Source: a bacterium
GTDB lineage: Bacteria; Sysuimicrobiota; Sysuimicrobiia; Sysuimicrobiales; Kaftiobacteriaceae
DNA: 14,764 nucleotides
Direction: 5' to 3'
Assembly: GCA_044868695.1 (NCBI GenBank)
Contig: JBIOWP010000089.1
Coordinates: 1-14,764, forward strand
Positions 1 through 6,957 of this stretch are shown one piece after another (position 1 is the first letter of the stretch; each line of letters begins with the position of its first letter). The translations under genes and the position numbers were made by a program. The notes under the pieces are model-generated. The model had not been told where the DNA came from. It ran no database searches and saw only the letters and a list, made by a program, of their open reading frames with translations.

Positions 1-855
1 CAGATCAAGCCCGAGATGCGGGTGAAGATGCAGGCGGCCATTCAGCAGCACATCGACCACTCCATCAGCAGCACCGTGAACCTGCCGCGCGACACCACGC
101 CGGAGGAGGTCGAGCGGGTGTACTTCCTGGCGTGGAAGCTGGGCTGCAAGGGAATAACGGTCTATCGCGAGGGTAGCCGCGAGGGCATCCTGCTGACCCA
201 AGAACAGGCGTCCGCCCAGGCCGCGCCCGCAGCCGCTCCGGCGGGTGACGTCCGGCAGGCCGCGGCGACCCCGCGGCCACGGCCGAAGGTGACCGCCGGC
301 CGGACCGAGCGGGTCGAAACCCCCCGCGGCCGGATCTATGTGGTGGTCAACGAGGACGAGTGGGGCGTCTGCGAGGTGTTCGTCCACTCTCTGGACGTCG
401 AGGCCGAGGCCTGCGGCCGGCTGGCCTCGCTCGCGCTCCGGGGCGGCATCGATCCACGGGAAGTCATTGAGCAGCTGTGGCGGGTGCAGAGCAAAGAGGT
501 CGCGTTCGACCGGTCCACAAGCGGCACGGTCGTCCGCGTGACGACGATCGCGCAGGCGGTCGCTCTGGCGCTCGGACGGGCCCTGTACGGAGACGACTTC
601 CGGCCCGACAAGGAGTTCCCCCGCGCGGATGTTCTGCCCGAACCCATGACCCCCGCGCGCCAGGAGCGGCTCAAGTTCGCCGCCCAGGCCAAGGGGGCCT
701 CCCCGGAGGCGGAGGCGGTAGTGCATACGGGCAACGGCAACGGCGACCGGTCCGCCCGCCTGGAGTTCATCGGCATCTGCCCGGACTGCGGTGCCCAGCT
801 CGTTCATGAGAACGGGTGTGCCCACTGCGAGTCCTGCGGCTACTCGAGGTGCTGA
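1..855 (+). CDS. nrdJ: Class II (adenosylcobalamin-dependent) ribonucleoside-diphosphate reductase, C-terminal part (5'-truncated by window)
   Basis: Frame open from base 1 (QIKPEMRVKMQAAIQQHIDHSISSTVNLP...GCKGITVYREGSR, RNR C-terminal barrel motifs). Followed by an Ala/Pro linker, a TSCPD-like domain and a terminal zinc ribbon CPDCG...GCAHCESCGYSRC typical of NrdJ. Confidence 0.9.
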   Translation, partial: QIKPEMRVKMQAAIQQHIDHSISSTVNLPRDTTPEEVERVYFLAWKLGCKGITVYREGSREGILLTQEQASAQAAPAAAPAGDVRQAAATPRPRPKVTAGRTERVETPRGRIYVVVNEDEWGVCEVFVHSLDVEAEACGRLASLALRGGIDPREVIEQLWRVQSKEVAFDRSTSGTVVRVTTIAQAVALALGRALYGDDFRPDKEFPRADVLPEPMTPARQERLKFAAQAKGASPEAEAVVHTGNGNGDRSARLEFIGICPDCGAQLVHENGCAHCESCGYSRC

Positions 856-890
856 CCGCAGCCGCATGGTGCAGGTCCTGACGGCTGGAC

Positions 891-916
891 GAGGGGAGGG
901 CGGTTGCCCTCCCCTC
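891..916 (+). terminator. Perfect 11-bp hairpin downstream of nrdJ (putative terminator or mRNA 3'-stabilising stem)
   Basis: GAGGGGAGGGC-GGTT-GCCCTCCCCTC, 35 nt after the stop codon. No clear U-tract. Confidence 0.6.
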
Positions 917-976
917 AGACGTTCATCCCGTTAGGGCTATCCCGGGCGCGCACATCTGCCGATAGTGGAGAGTAGA

Positions 977-985
977 TGCTAGAAT
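977..985 (+). promoter_or_regulatory. Putative extended -10 promoter for the citrate synthase gene
   Basis: TGcTAGAAT (TGn + TAnnnT) in an AT-rich patch ~30 nt upstream of ATG 1015. SD GGAGG at 1005-1009. Confidence 0.55.
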
Positions 986-1014
986 AAAAGTACCACCGCG
1001 GGGCGGAGGGTTCG

Positions 1015-2175
1015 ATGGCGGTCGAGTTCAAGGCCGGGCTGAAAGACGTCGTCGCAGTCAACTCCGCGATCTCCACCGTGGATGGGGACGCCGGCGTTCT
1101 CATCTACCGCGGGTACGACATCCGCGATCTGGCCCGCTACGCGACCTACGAAGAAGTCGTCTATCTCCTCTGGCACGGTGAACTGCCGACCGCCGCGCAG
1201 CTGAGCGCGTTTGGCGCGTCGCTGGCGGCGCCGCGGCCGCTGCCGGAACCGGTGCTGGCCTCGATGCGCGCCTATCCCAGGACCGTGCACCCGTTGGAGG
1301 CGCTGCGCACCGCGGTGTCCGTCGCCGGCCTGTACGACCCGGACGCCCACTCCACGGCGGCAGACGCCACGCTGCGCAAGGCCGTGCGCCTCACCGCGCA
1401 GATCCCGGTAATGGTGGGCGAGTGGTCTCACCTGCGGCAGGGGCGCAAGCCCGTGCCGCCCCGGATCGAAGGGGCGACCGCCGAAGACTTCTTGTACGTG
1501 CTGACCGGCAAGCCGCCGTCGCCGGTCGCGGCGCGGACGATGGACATGATTTTCATTCTGCACGCGGATCATGAGATCAACGCCAGCACCTTCGCCACCC
1601 GCGTGGCCATCGCCACCTTCACCGACTTGCATTCCGCGATCGTGGCCGCGGTGGGCACGCTCAAGGGCCCGCGCCACGGAGGCGCCAACGAGGACGTGCT
1701 GGCGATGCTCCTGGAGATCAGCGACCCGTCGCGGGCAGAGGACTACATCCTCAAGAAGTGGGCCTACCGCTCCAGCCTCCCCAAGGAGGAACGCGCCAAG
1801 CCCGAGAACCGCATCCCGGGATTCGGCCATCCCGTCTACAAGGTCGATGACCCGCGGGCCGGCGTCCTGCGGGAGATGGCCCGGCAGCTGAGTCAGGAGG
1901 CCGGCACCGTCAGGGTGTTCGACACCGCGGTCAGGGTCTACGAGACCATGCACCGGGAGACCGACCTGCCGGTGAACGTCGACTTCTTCTCCGCCGTCGT
2001 CTACTATGCGCTGGGCATTCCGATCGACCTCTGCACCTCGATCTTTGCAAGCGCGCGGATTCCGGGATGGTGCGCGCACGCGATGGAGCAGTACCACGAC
2101 CGCCTGCTGCGGCCGCGGGCGCATTACACCGGACCGCCTCCGCGGGCGTTTGTGCCGCTCAACGAAAGACGGTAA
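1015..2175 (+). CDS. Citrate synthase family protein, short type (citrate synthase or 2-methylcitrate synthase)
   Basis: GL.DVVA N-terminus, LIYRGY, HADHEINASTF, GPRHGGANE, GFGHPVYK.DDPR, NVDFFSA; 386 aa; good SD. Confidence 0.93.
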   Translation: MAVEFKAGLKDVVAVNSAISTVDGDAGVLIYRGYDIRDLARYATYEEVVYLLWHGELPTAAQLSAFGASLAAPRPLPEPVLASMRAYPRTVHPLEALRTAVSVAGLYDPDAHSTAADATLRKAVRLTAQIPVMVGEWSHLRQGRKPVPPRIEGATAEDFLYVLTGKPPSPVAARTMDMIFILHADHEINASTFATRVAIATFTDLHSAIVAAVGTLKGPRHGGANEDVLAMLLEISDPSRAEDYILKKWAYRSSLPKEERAKPENRIPGFGHPVYKVDDPRAGVLREMARQLSQEAGTVRVFDTAVRVYETMHRETDLPVNVDFFSAVVYYALGIPIDLCTSIFASARIPGWCAHAMEQYHDRLLRPRAHYTGPPPRAFVPLNERR

Positions 2176-2183
2176 GAGAGACC

Positions 2184-2226
2184 CTATTGAATCCAATAGA
2201 TCCGATGGATCCAATAGATTCAGTAT
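2184..2226. repeat. AT-rich 9-bp-period direct repeat and nested palindrome upstream of phnD
   Basis: ATCCAATAG/ATCCGATGG/ATCCAATAG/ATTCAGTAT at 2191-2226. CTATTG-N4-CAATAG at 2184-2199. Concentric arms at 2185-2193/2217-2225 and 2199-2203/2207-2211. Confidence 0.7.
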
Positions 2227-2302
2227 TACAGGACCCCGTCCGCCGTATCCCGAAGTACTCACTATAAACCCGGATGAGAGTTCCCACAGGGGAGGGACAC
2301 GC

Positions 2303-3298
2303 GTGAAATCACTAGCCAGAACCATGCTGTGGCTGGGCGTCCTGGCGGTCGCCCTGACGACAGCCGTGGTGCAGAGCGCGCCGGTCGCGGGGCAGACCAA
2401 GCTCGTCATGGTGTTCGTCCCCTCGCGAGAGACCGACGCCGTGCTCTTCAGCGGCCAGCAGATCGGAAGGATGCTAACGGTCTCCCTCGGTGTGCCAGTG
2501 GAGGCCGTCGTCTCGACCAGCTACACCGCAGCCATCGAGGCGATGTGCGCAGGGCGCGCGGATATCGGCGCCCTGAACCCCTTCAGCTACGTCCTGGCGC
2601 ACGACAAATGTGGTGTCGAGGTGGCGGCGATCTCGGTGCGATTCGGGCTGCCGTACTACCGGTCGCAGATCAGCGTTCGCGCCGACGCCAACATCAACCA
2701 GCTCATCGACCTCCAGGGCAAGCGCTTCGCGTTCGTGGACCCGGCGTCGACCTCGGGCTACCTGTTCCCCGCGGCCATGCTGAAGAAGATGGGTTACGAT
2801 CCCGACAAGTTTTTCTCCCAGACGGTGTTTGCAGGGTCCCACCCCAACGTGATCCTGGCCATCTATCGCGGGCAGGTGGACGGCGGCGCCAGTTTCGAGG
2901 ACGCCCGCACGAACATCCAGGCGCAGTTCCCGGATGTGCTTCAGAAGGTCAAGGTCCTCACTTACACCGACCCGATCCCCAACGACACCTGGAGCCTGAG
3001 CACCAAGCTCGCGCCAGAACTGCGGGCCAAGATCAAAGACCGCCTGCTGCGCATCGCGGCCACGCCCGACGGCAAAGAGTCTCTGCGGACCCTGTACAGC
3101 ATCGAAGGGCTCACTGCGGTGGTGGAGCTGAGCGACGATCAGGTCCGCCGGCTGGGGATCCGGTTCGACATGGCCACGCAGGAACGCATCACACGCAAGG
3201 GGGACAAAGTCGTCATTCCCATCGGGGACTGGTATTTCCAGCCCATCCGGGATGCGGCCACGTATCTGGGGCTGGATCTAACGAAACTGGCGCGCTAG
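2303..3298 (+). CDS. phnD: Phosphate/phosphite/phosphonate ABC transporter substrate-binding protein
   Basis: GTG at 2303 after SD GGAGGG (2291-2296). Signal peptide (KSLARTMLWLGVLAVAL...). Motifs FVPS, SYTAAIEAM, FAFVDPASTSGYLFP, FAGSH, PIPND. The ORF-track start at 2006 overlaps the upstream gene and is too early. Confidence 0.92.
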   Translation: MKSLARTMLWLGVLAVALTTAVVQSAPVAGQTKLVMVFVPSRETDAVLFSGQQIGRMLTVSLGVPVEAVVSTSYTAAIEAMCAGRADIGALNPFSYVLAHDKCGVEVAAISVRFGLPYYRSQISVRADANINQLIDLQGKRFAFVDPASTSGYLFPAAMLKKMGYDPDKFFSQTVFAGSHPNVILAIYRGQVDGGASFEDARTNIQAQFPDVLQKVKVLTYTDPIPNDTWSLSTKLAPELRAKIKDRLLRIAATPDGKESLRTLYSIEGLTAVVELSDDQVRRLGIRFDMATQERITRKGDKVVIPIGDWYFQPIRDAATYLGLDLTKLAR

Positions 3299-3320
3299 TT
3301 CGCCGGTCGGTGCCGTGTGG

Positions 3321-3352
3321 GCAGGGGGAGGGTAGGCAATCCCTCCCCTTGT
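3321..3352 (+). other. Intercistronic hairpin between phnD and phnC
   Basis: GCAGGGGGAGGG-TAGGCAAT-CCCTCCCCTTGT, a 12-bp stem with G-U pairs. This is the usual position of an mRNA-stabilising stem after a binding-protein gene. Confidence 0.6.
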
Positions 3353-3375
3353 GTGTCTGTGATGGGAGTGATGAC

Positions 3376-4146
3376 ATGAAAGGCGCCGCCCTGCGGGTGG
3401 AGCACCTCACCAAGATTTATCCCGACGGCACCGCCGCCCTGCGGGACGTCAGCTTTGCGGTTGAGCCGGGCCAGTTCGTGGTCATCATCGGTCTGTCCGG
3501 CTCCGGTAAGTCCACCTTGATGCGGTGCATCAACCGCCTCATCGAACCCACCTCAGGCAAGATCTTCATCGACGATATCGACATCACGACCCTGTCCCCG
3601 GTGGAGATGCGCCAGGTACGCCGGAACATCGGCATGATCTTTCAGCAATTCAATCTGGTGAAACGCTCGCCGGTCCTGACCAACGTGCTCGCCGGCCGGC
3701 TGGGGTATCTCTCGCCGGTGTGGGCTCTGGCGAACTACTTCCCCAAGGATGAGGTCGCGCGCGCGATCGCCAACCTGGAGCGGGTCGGCATCCCCGAGAA
3801 GGCCCGCACCCGCGCGGACCAGCTCTCCGGGGGGCAGCAGCAGCGCGTCGGGATCGCCCGCGCGCTGATGCAGGAACCCACGCTGATCCTCGCCGACGAG
3901 CCGGTGGCCAGCCTGGACCCGGCCACCTCCCACTCGGTGCTGCGATACGTCGAGGAGCTGAACAAGAAGGACGGGATTACGGTGCTGTGCGCGTTGCATT
4001 TCCTCAGCCTGGCCCGGAGGTATGGGACGCGCATCCTCGCCCTCAAGGCCGGCCGGATCATCTACGAGGGACTGCCGGCCGATATCGACGAGCGTCGGTT
4101 TAAGGAGATTTACGGAGAGGAAGCCGTGGAGGTCGAGATCACGTGA
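3376..4146 (+). CDS. phnC: Phosphonate ABC transporter ATP-binding protein
   Basis: ATG 3376 after GGGAG. Walker [28 protein letters not shown] (PhnC-type), [27 protein letters not shown]; 256 aa. Confidence 0.93.
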   Translation: MKGAALRVEHLTKIYPDGTAALRDVSFAVEPGQFVVIIGLSGSGKSTLMRCINRLIEPTSGKIFIDDIDITTLSPVEMRQVRRNIGMIFQQFNLVKRSPVLTNVLAGRLGYLSPVWALANYFPKDEVARAIANLERVGIPEKARTRADQLSGGQQQRVGIARALMQEPTLILADEPVASLDPATSHSVLRYVEELNKKDGITVLCALHFLSLARRYGTRILALKAGRIIYEGLPADIDERRFKEIYGEEAVEVEIT

Positions 4147-5333
4147 CGCAGGAGGTCACGCGCGCCCGGCCGCCGCTGCTGCCGATCCGGCCGTGGTTTG
4201 CCAGCGCGAAGTTCCTGCTGCTCCTATTCGGTCTGCTCCTCGTGTATGGGTACGGATGGCGGGTCACCAGGATCGATCTCGGAGAGCTCATCTCGGGGAC
4301 AAAGTTTGTGCGGCCGTTCGTGGTGGATTTGCTGCGGCCGGATGTGGTCTCCCGGGCGGTCCAGACTCAGGAGGTCCAGCTCGGGATGTCGGTCGATCCC
4401 GCCGTTCCCCCCGAGGACGTTGTCCCGCCTTCCGGGGGGCCGCAGCTCCAGGTCCCGGCGCGGGTCGCAACCGTCGGCGCGCAGGTGCCCGTGACCGGCC
4501 GCGGGTTTCACCCCAACGCAGCGGGAACCCTGCTTTGGCTGAACCCGATCGGCAACCCGCAGCAGGTGGCCACGATCCGGACGGACGCGCAGGGCGCGTT
4601 TGCGGTGACCATCACGGTCCCCGAAGCCTTCCGCGGTCCTGAATCCGGCCCGCGGGGCGCCCAGCAGCGCCTGCAGGCCCGCGTGACCTGGGAAGTCGGC
4701 CCGTTGCGACCGAGCCGGACGCTGCTGCTGGTCGGTGAAAAGATCGTCGAGACGGTGTTCCTGGCGCTGATGGGGACGACGCTGGCGATTGTCGTCGCGA
4801 TCCCGCTGTCGTTTCTGGGCGCCAAGAACCTGACGGCGAAGAACCCGGTCGGGACGACGGTCTACTATCTCACCCGGACGTTTTTCAACGTCATGCGTTC
4901 AGTCGAACCGCTGATCCTGGCCATCGTCTTCACTGTGTGGGTGGGTCTGGGGCCCTTCGCCGGGGTCATGGCGCTGGCCCTGCATTCCATCGCGGCGCTG
5001 GGCAAACTCTACTCCGAACAGATCGAGTCGATCGACCCCGGTCCCATCGAGGCCATCACCGCCACGGGGGCCAGCCCCCTGCAGGTCGTCCGGTACGCGG
5101 TGGTCCCCCAGATCGTGCCGCCTTTCATCGCGTTTACCATCTACCGCTGGGACACCAACGTGCGGATGTCGACCGTGATCGGCTTCGTCGGCGGCGGCGG
5201 GATCGGGTTCATCCTGCAGCAGTACATCAACCTCCTGCAATACCGCCAGGCCGCCACGGCCGTCTGGGCCATTACGCTGGTGGTCGCCGCGCTGGACTAC
5301 CTCAGCGCGGTCGTGCGCGAGCGCGTGGTATGA
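4143..5333 (+). CDS. phnE: Phosphonate ABC transporter permease with a large inserted soluble domain
   Basis: GTGA overlap with phnC. ETVFLALMGT, RSVEPLILA, VGLGPFAGVMAL, GKLYSEQIESIDPGPIEAITATGA (EAA loop), YRWDTNVRMSTVIGFVGGGGIG. Confidence 0.92.
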   Translation: MTQEVTRARPPLLPIRPWFASAKFLLLLFGLLLVYGYGWRVTRIDLGELISGTKFVRPFVVDLLRPDVVSRAVQTQEVQLGMSVDPAVPPEDVVPPSGGPQLQVPARVATVGAQVPVTGRGFHPNAAGTLLWLNPIGNPQQVATIRTDAQGAFAVTITVPEAFRGPESGPRGAQQRLQARVTWEVGPLRPSRTLLLVGEKIVETVFLALMGTTLAIVVAIPLSFLGAKNLTAKNPVGTTVYYLTRTFFNVMRSVEPLILAIVFTVWVGLGPFAGVMALALHSIAALGKLYSEQIESIDPGPIEAITATGASPLQVVRYAVVPQIVPPFIAFTIYRWDTNVRMSTVIGFVGGGGIGFILQQYINLLQYRQAATAVWAITLVVAALDYLSAVVRERVV

Positions 5334-6013
5334 TCGGCTCGCCGCCGCTGCTGTCCCATCACCTGCGGGGGTGCGGGATCGCCCACGGGTTCACCACGCG
5401 CCACGGCAGTGACCACCCAGACCTCGGCCTCCGCGGCGCGGCGCGCGTGCAGCCCGCCCAAGTGCACGGCGCGGTTGTGGCCGTGGCGGGGGCCGCCGAC
5501 GCCGGCCGCGTCATCGACGGCGCCGACGGTCTCGTCACCGCCGACCCCGGGGTGATTCTGGCCGTCCGGGCGGCCGACTGCGTGCCCTTGCTCCTGGCCG
5601 ACCCCAGACGGCACGTGGTGGCGGCGGTGCACGCGGGCTGGCGGGGCACGGCCGCCGGGATCGCCCAAGAGGCGGTCACAATAATGGTTCACCGCTTCGA
5701 GTGCCGTCCGGGGGATCTGCGCGGGGCTATCGGGCCCTGCATCGGTCCGTGCCACTACGAAGTCGATGAGCCGGTGCTGGCGCGGCTACGCCGGTGGCCG
5801 TGGTGGGAACAAGTTGTGACACCCAACGCACGCGGCCGCTGGCAGCTTGATCTGCGGGACGCCAACCGCCGGCAGCTCGTCGAGGTGGGGGTGCCCGTGG
5901 TGCAGATCGAGACGCTGGACTGGTGCACGTTTGAGCATCCCGACCTCTTCTACTCCTACCGCCGCGACGGCACCACAGGCCTCATGGCCGCGCTCATCGC
6001 CCTTCCCAGCTAA
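5330..6013 (+). CDS. pgeF: PgeF/YfiH/YlmD family protein (purine nucleoside phosphorylase / peptidoglycan editing factor, laccase domain)
   Basis: ATG 5330 overlaps the phnE stop (ATGA). Motifs HGFTTR, QVHG, ADCVPLL, HAGWRG, GPCIGPCHYEV, CT...FYSYRR. Located upstream of yggS-sepF as in the ylmD-E-F order. Confidence 0.92.
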   Translation: MIGSPPLLSHHLRGCGIAHGFTTRHGSDHPDLGLRGAARVQPAQVHGAVVAVAGAADAGRVIDGADGLVTADPGVILAVRAADCVPLLLADPRRHVVAAVHAGWRGTAAGIAQEAVTIMVHRFECRPGDLRGAIGPCIGPCHYEVDEPVLARLRRWPWWEQVVTPNARGRWQLDLRDANRRQLVEVGVPVVQIETLDWCTFEHPDLFYSYRRDGTTGLMAALIALPS

Positions 6014-6030
6014 CCCCCTCGCCGCCCGCC

Positions 6031-6115
6031 GCCACTATGGTACCTGGCACCGTGGTGCCAGGTACCGTGGTGCCAGGTACCGTGGTGCCAGGCACCGGAG
6101 GGGGCACCCGGAGGG
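6031..6115. repeat. Palindromic 15-bp tandem repeat (GGYACCGTGGTGCCA) followed by a 12/13-bp duplication
   Basis: Units at 6046-6060, 6061-6075 and 6076-6090, a degenerate unit at 6031-6045 and a partial unit at 6091-6097. Then GGCACC(C)GGAGGG twice (6091-6102, 6103-6115). Confidence 0.9.
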
Positions 6116-6142
6116 AAAGGGTGGGGGGCCTCGAATAGGGTC

Positions 6143-6916
6143 GTGGTGCTAGACGTCGCCGCGAACGTGGCCCGGGTACGGGAGCGGATCGCGGCTGCCG
6201 CCCGGCGCAGCGGCCGGCGCGCCGAGGACGTGACGGTGGTCGCCATCACCAAAGGCGTCGACCCGCCTCAGATCCTCGCGGCGGCTGCGTGTGGCATCAC
6301 CGAGATCGGTGAGAACCGTGTCCAGGAGGCGGTCCCCAAGATCGCCGTTCTGCGCGCGGCGCACCCTGCACCATCCCTGCGGTGGCACATGGTCGGCCAC
6401 CTGCAGCGCAACAAGGTTCGCGCGGCGGCGCGCTCGTTCAACGCCGTCCATTCCGTGGACAGTGCCGATCTGGGGCGTGCGCTGAGTGCTCAGATAGTGG
6501 TCCAGCCGGACCGGACCCTGGATGTCCTGATCCAGGTGAATATCTCGGGCGAGCCGCAGAAGTTTGGGATCGCGCCCGCAGTCCTGCCGGCACTGCTTCG
6601 AGACATCGTGCGGCTGCCCGGCCTGCGGGTGATCGGCCTGATGACCATCGCGCCGCAGGCCGATGATCCGCAGACAGTGCGGCCGGTGTTCTCCCGCCTG
6701 CGCCGTCTCCGGGATGAGGCGGCGCGGCTGGGCACGGCGCCGGGGCTCGTGCACCTGTCAATGGGGATGAGCGATGACTTTGAAGTCGCCGTCGAAGAGG
6801 GCGCCACCTTTGTACGCATCGGGCGATCGATCTTCGGCGGGCGGACCGGACACAGTGTCGTAGAGTACGGGAGAGGGAAAAACGATCCAGGGAGGAGGGA
6901 GAGTCCGCCCCACTGA
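6143..6916 (+). CDS. yggS: YggS family pyridoxal phosphate homeostasis protein
   Basis: VAITK (PLP lysine), GENRVQE, WHMVGHLQRNK, QVNISGE..K.G, GLMTI, LSMGMSDDFEVAVEEGAT.VRIG..IFG. Start is GTG 6143 or 6146. Confidence 0.94.
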   Translation: MVLDVAANVARVRERIAAAARRSGRRAEDVTVVAITKGVDPPQILAAAACGITEIGENRVQEAVPKIAVLRAAHPAPSLRWHMVGHLQRNKVRAAARSFNAVHSVDSADLGRALSAQIVVQPDRTLDVLIQVNISGEPQKFGIAPAVLPALLRDIVRLPGLRVIGLMTIAPQADDPQTVRPVFSRLRRLRDEAARLGTAPGLVHLSMGMSDDFEVAVEEGATFVRIGRSIFGGRTGHSVVEYGRGKNDPGRRESPPH

Positions 6917-6940
6917 CCCGCACGGGTGCGGGCCGGTGGG
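6909..6940 (+). other. Hairpin over the yggS stop codon, upstream of sepF
   Basis: CCCACTG-A-CCCGCAC-GG-GTGCGGG-C-CGGTGGG, ~14-bp stem with one mismatch and one G-U pair. Confidence 0.45.
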
Positions 6941-6957
6941 CAGTTGGGGGTGCGCCA

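Noticed and set aside
2184..2226. Classical Pho box
   Set aside because: The period is 9 bp rather than 11 and there is no CTGTCAT/TTHACA-like repeated core.
2067..2267. 66-aa ORF with NPI-DPM-DPI-DSV repeats
   Set aside because: Overlaps the citrate synthase 3' end, has no SD, and the peptide repeat simply reflects the 9-bp DNA repeat.
2006..2302. N-terminal extension of phnD in the ORF track (also the 2329 start for phnC and 4937 start for pgeF)
   Set aside because: These overlap upstream genes in other frames. SD position, stop/start overlaps and homology support starts at 2303, 3376 and 5330.
979..2409. 476-aa minus-strand ORF
   Set aside because: Antisense shadow of citrate synthase caused by GC-rich codon bias; no recognisable motifs.
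6031..6115. CRISPR array
   Set aside because: Units are 15 bp and contiguous with no spacers; no cas genes in the window.
6010..6252. Minus-strand ORF with His-rich WHHGT repeats (and the plus-strand RGARY repeats in 5847..6152)
   Set aside because: Products of the 15-bp DNA repeat; they overlap yggS/pgeF and have no translation signals.
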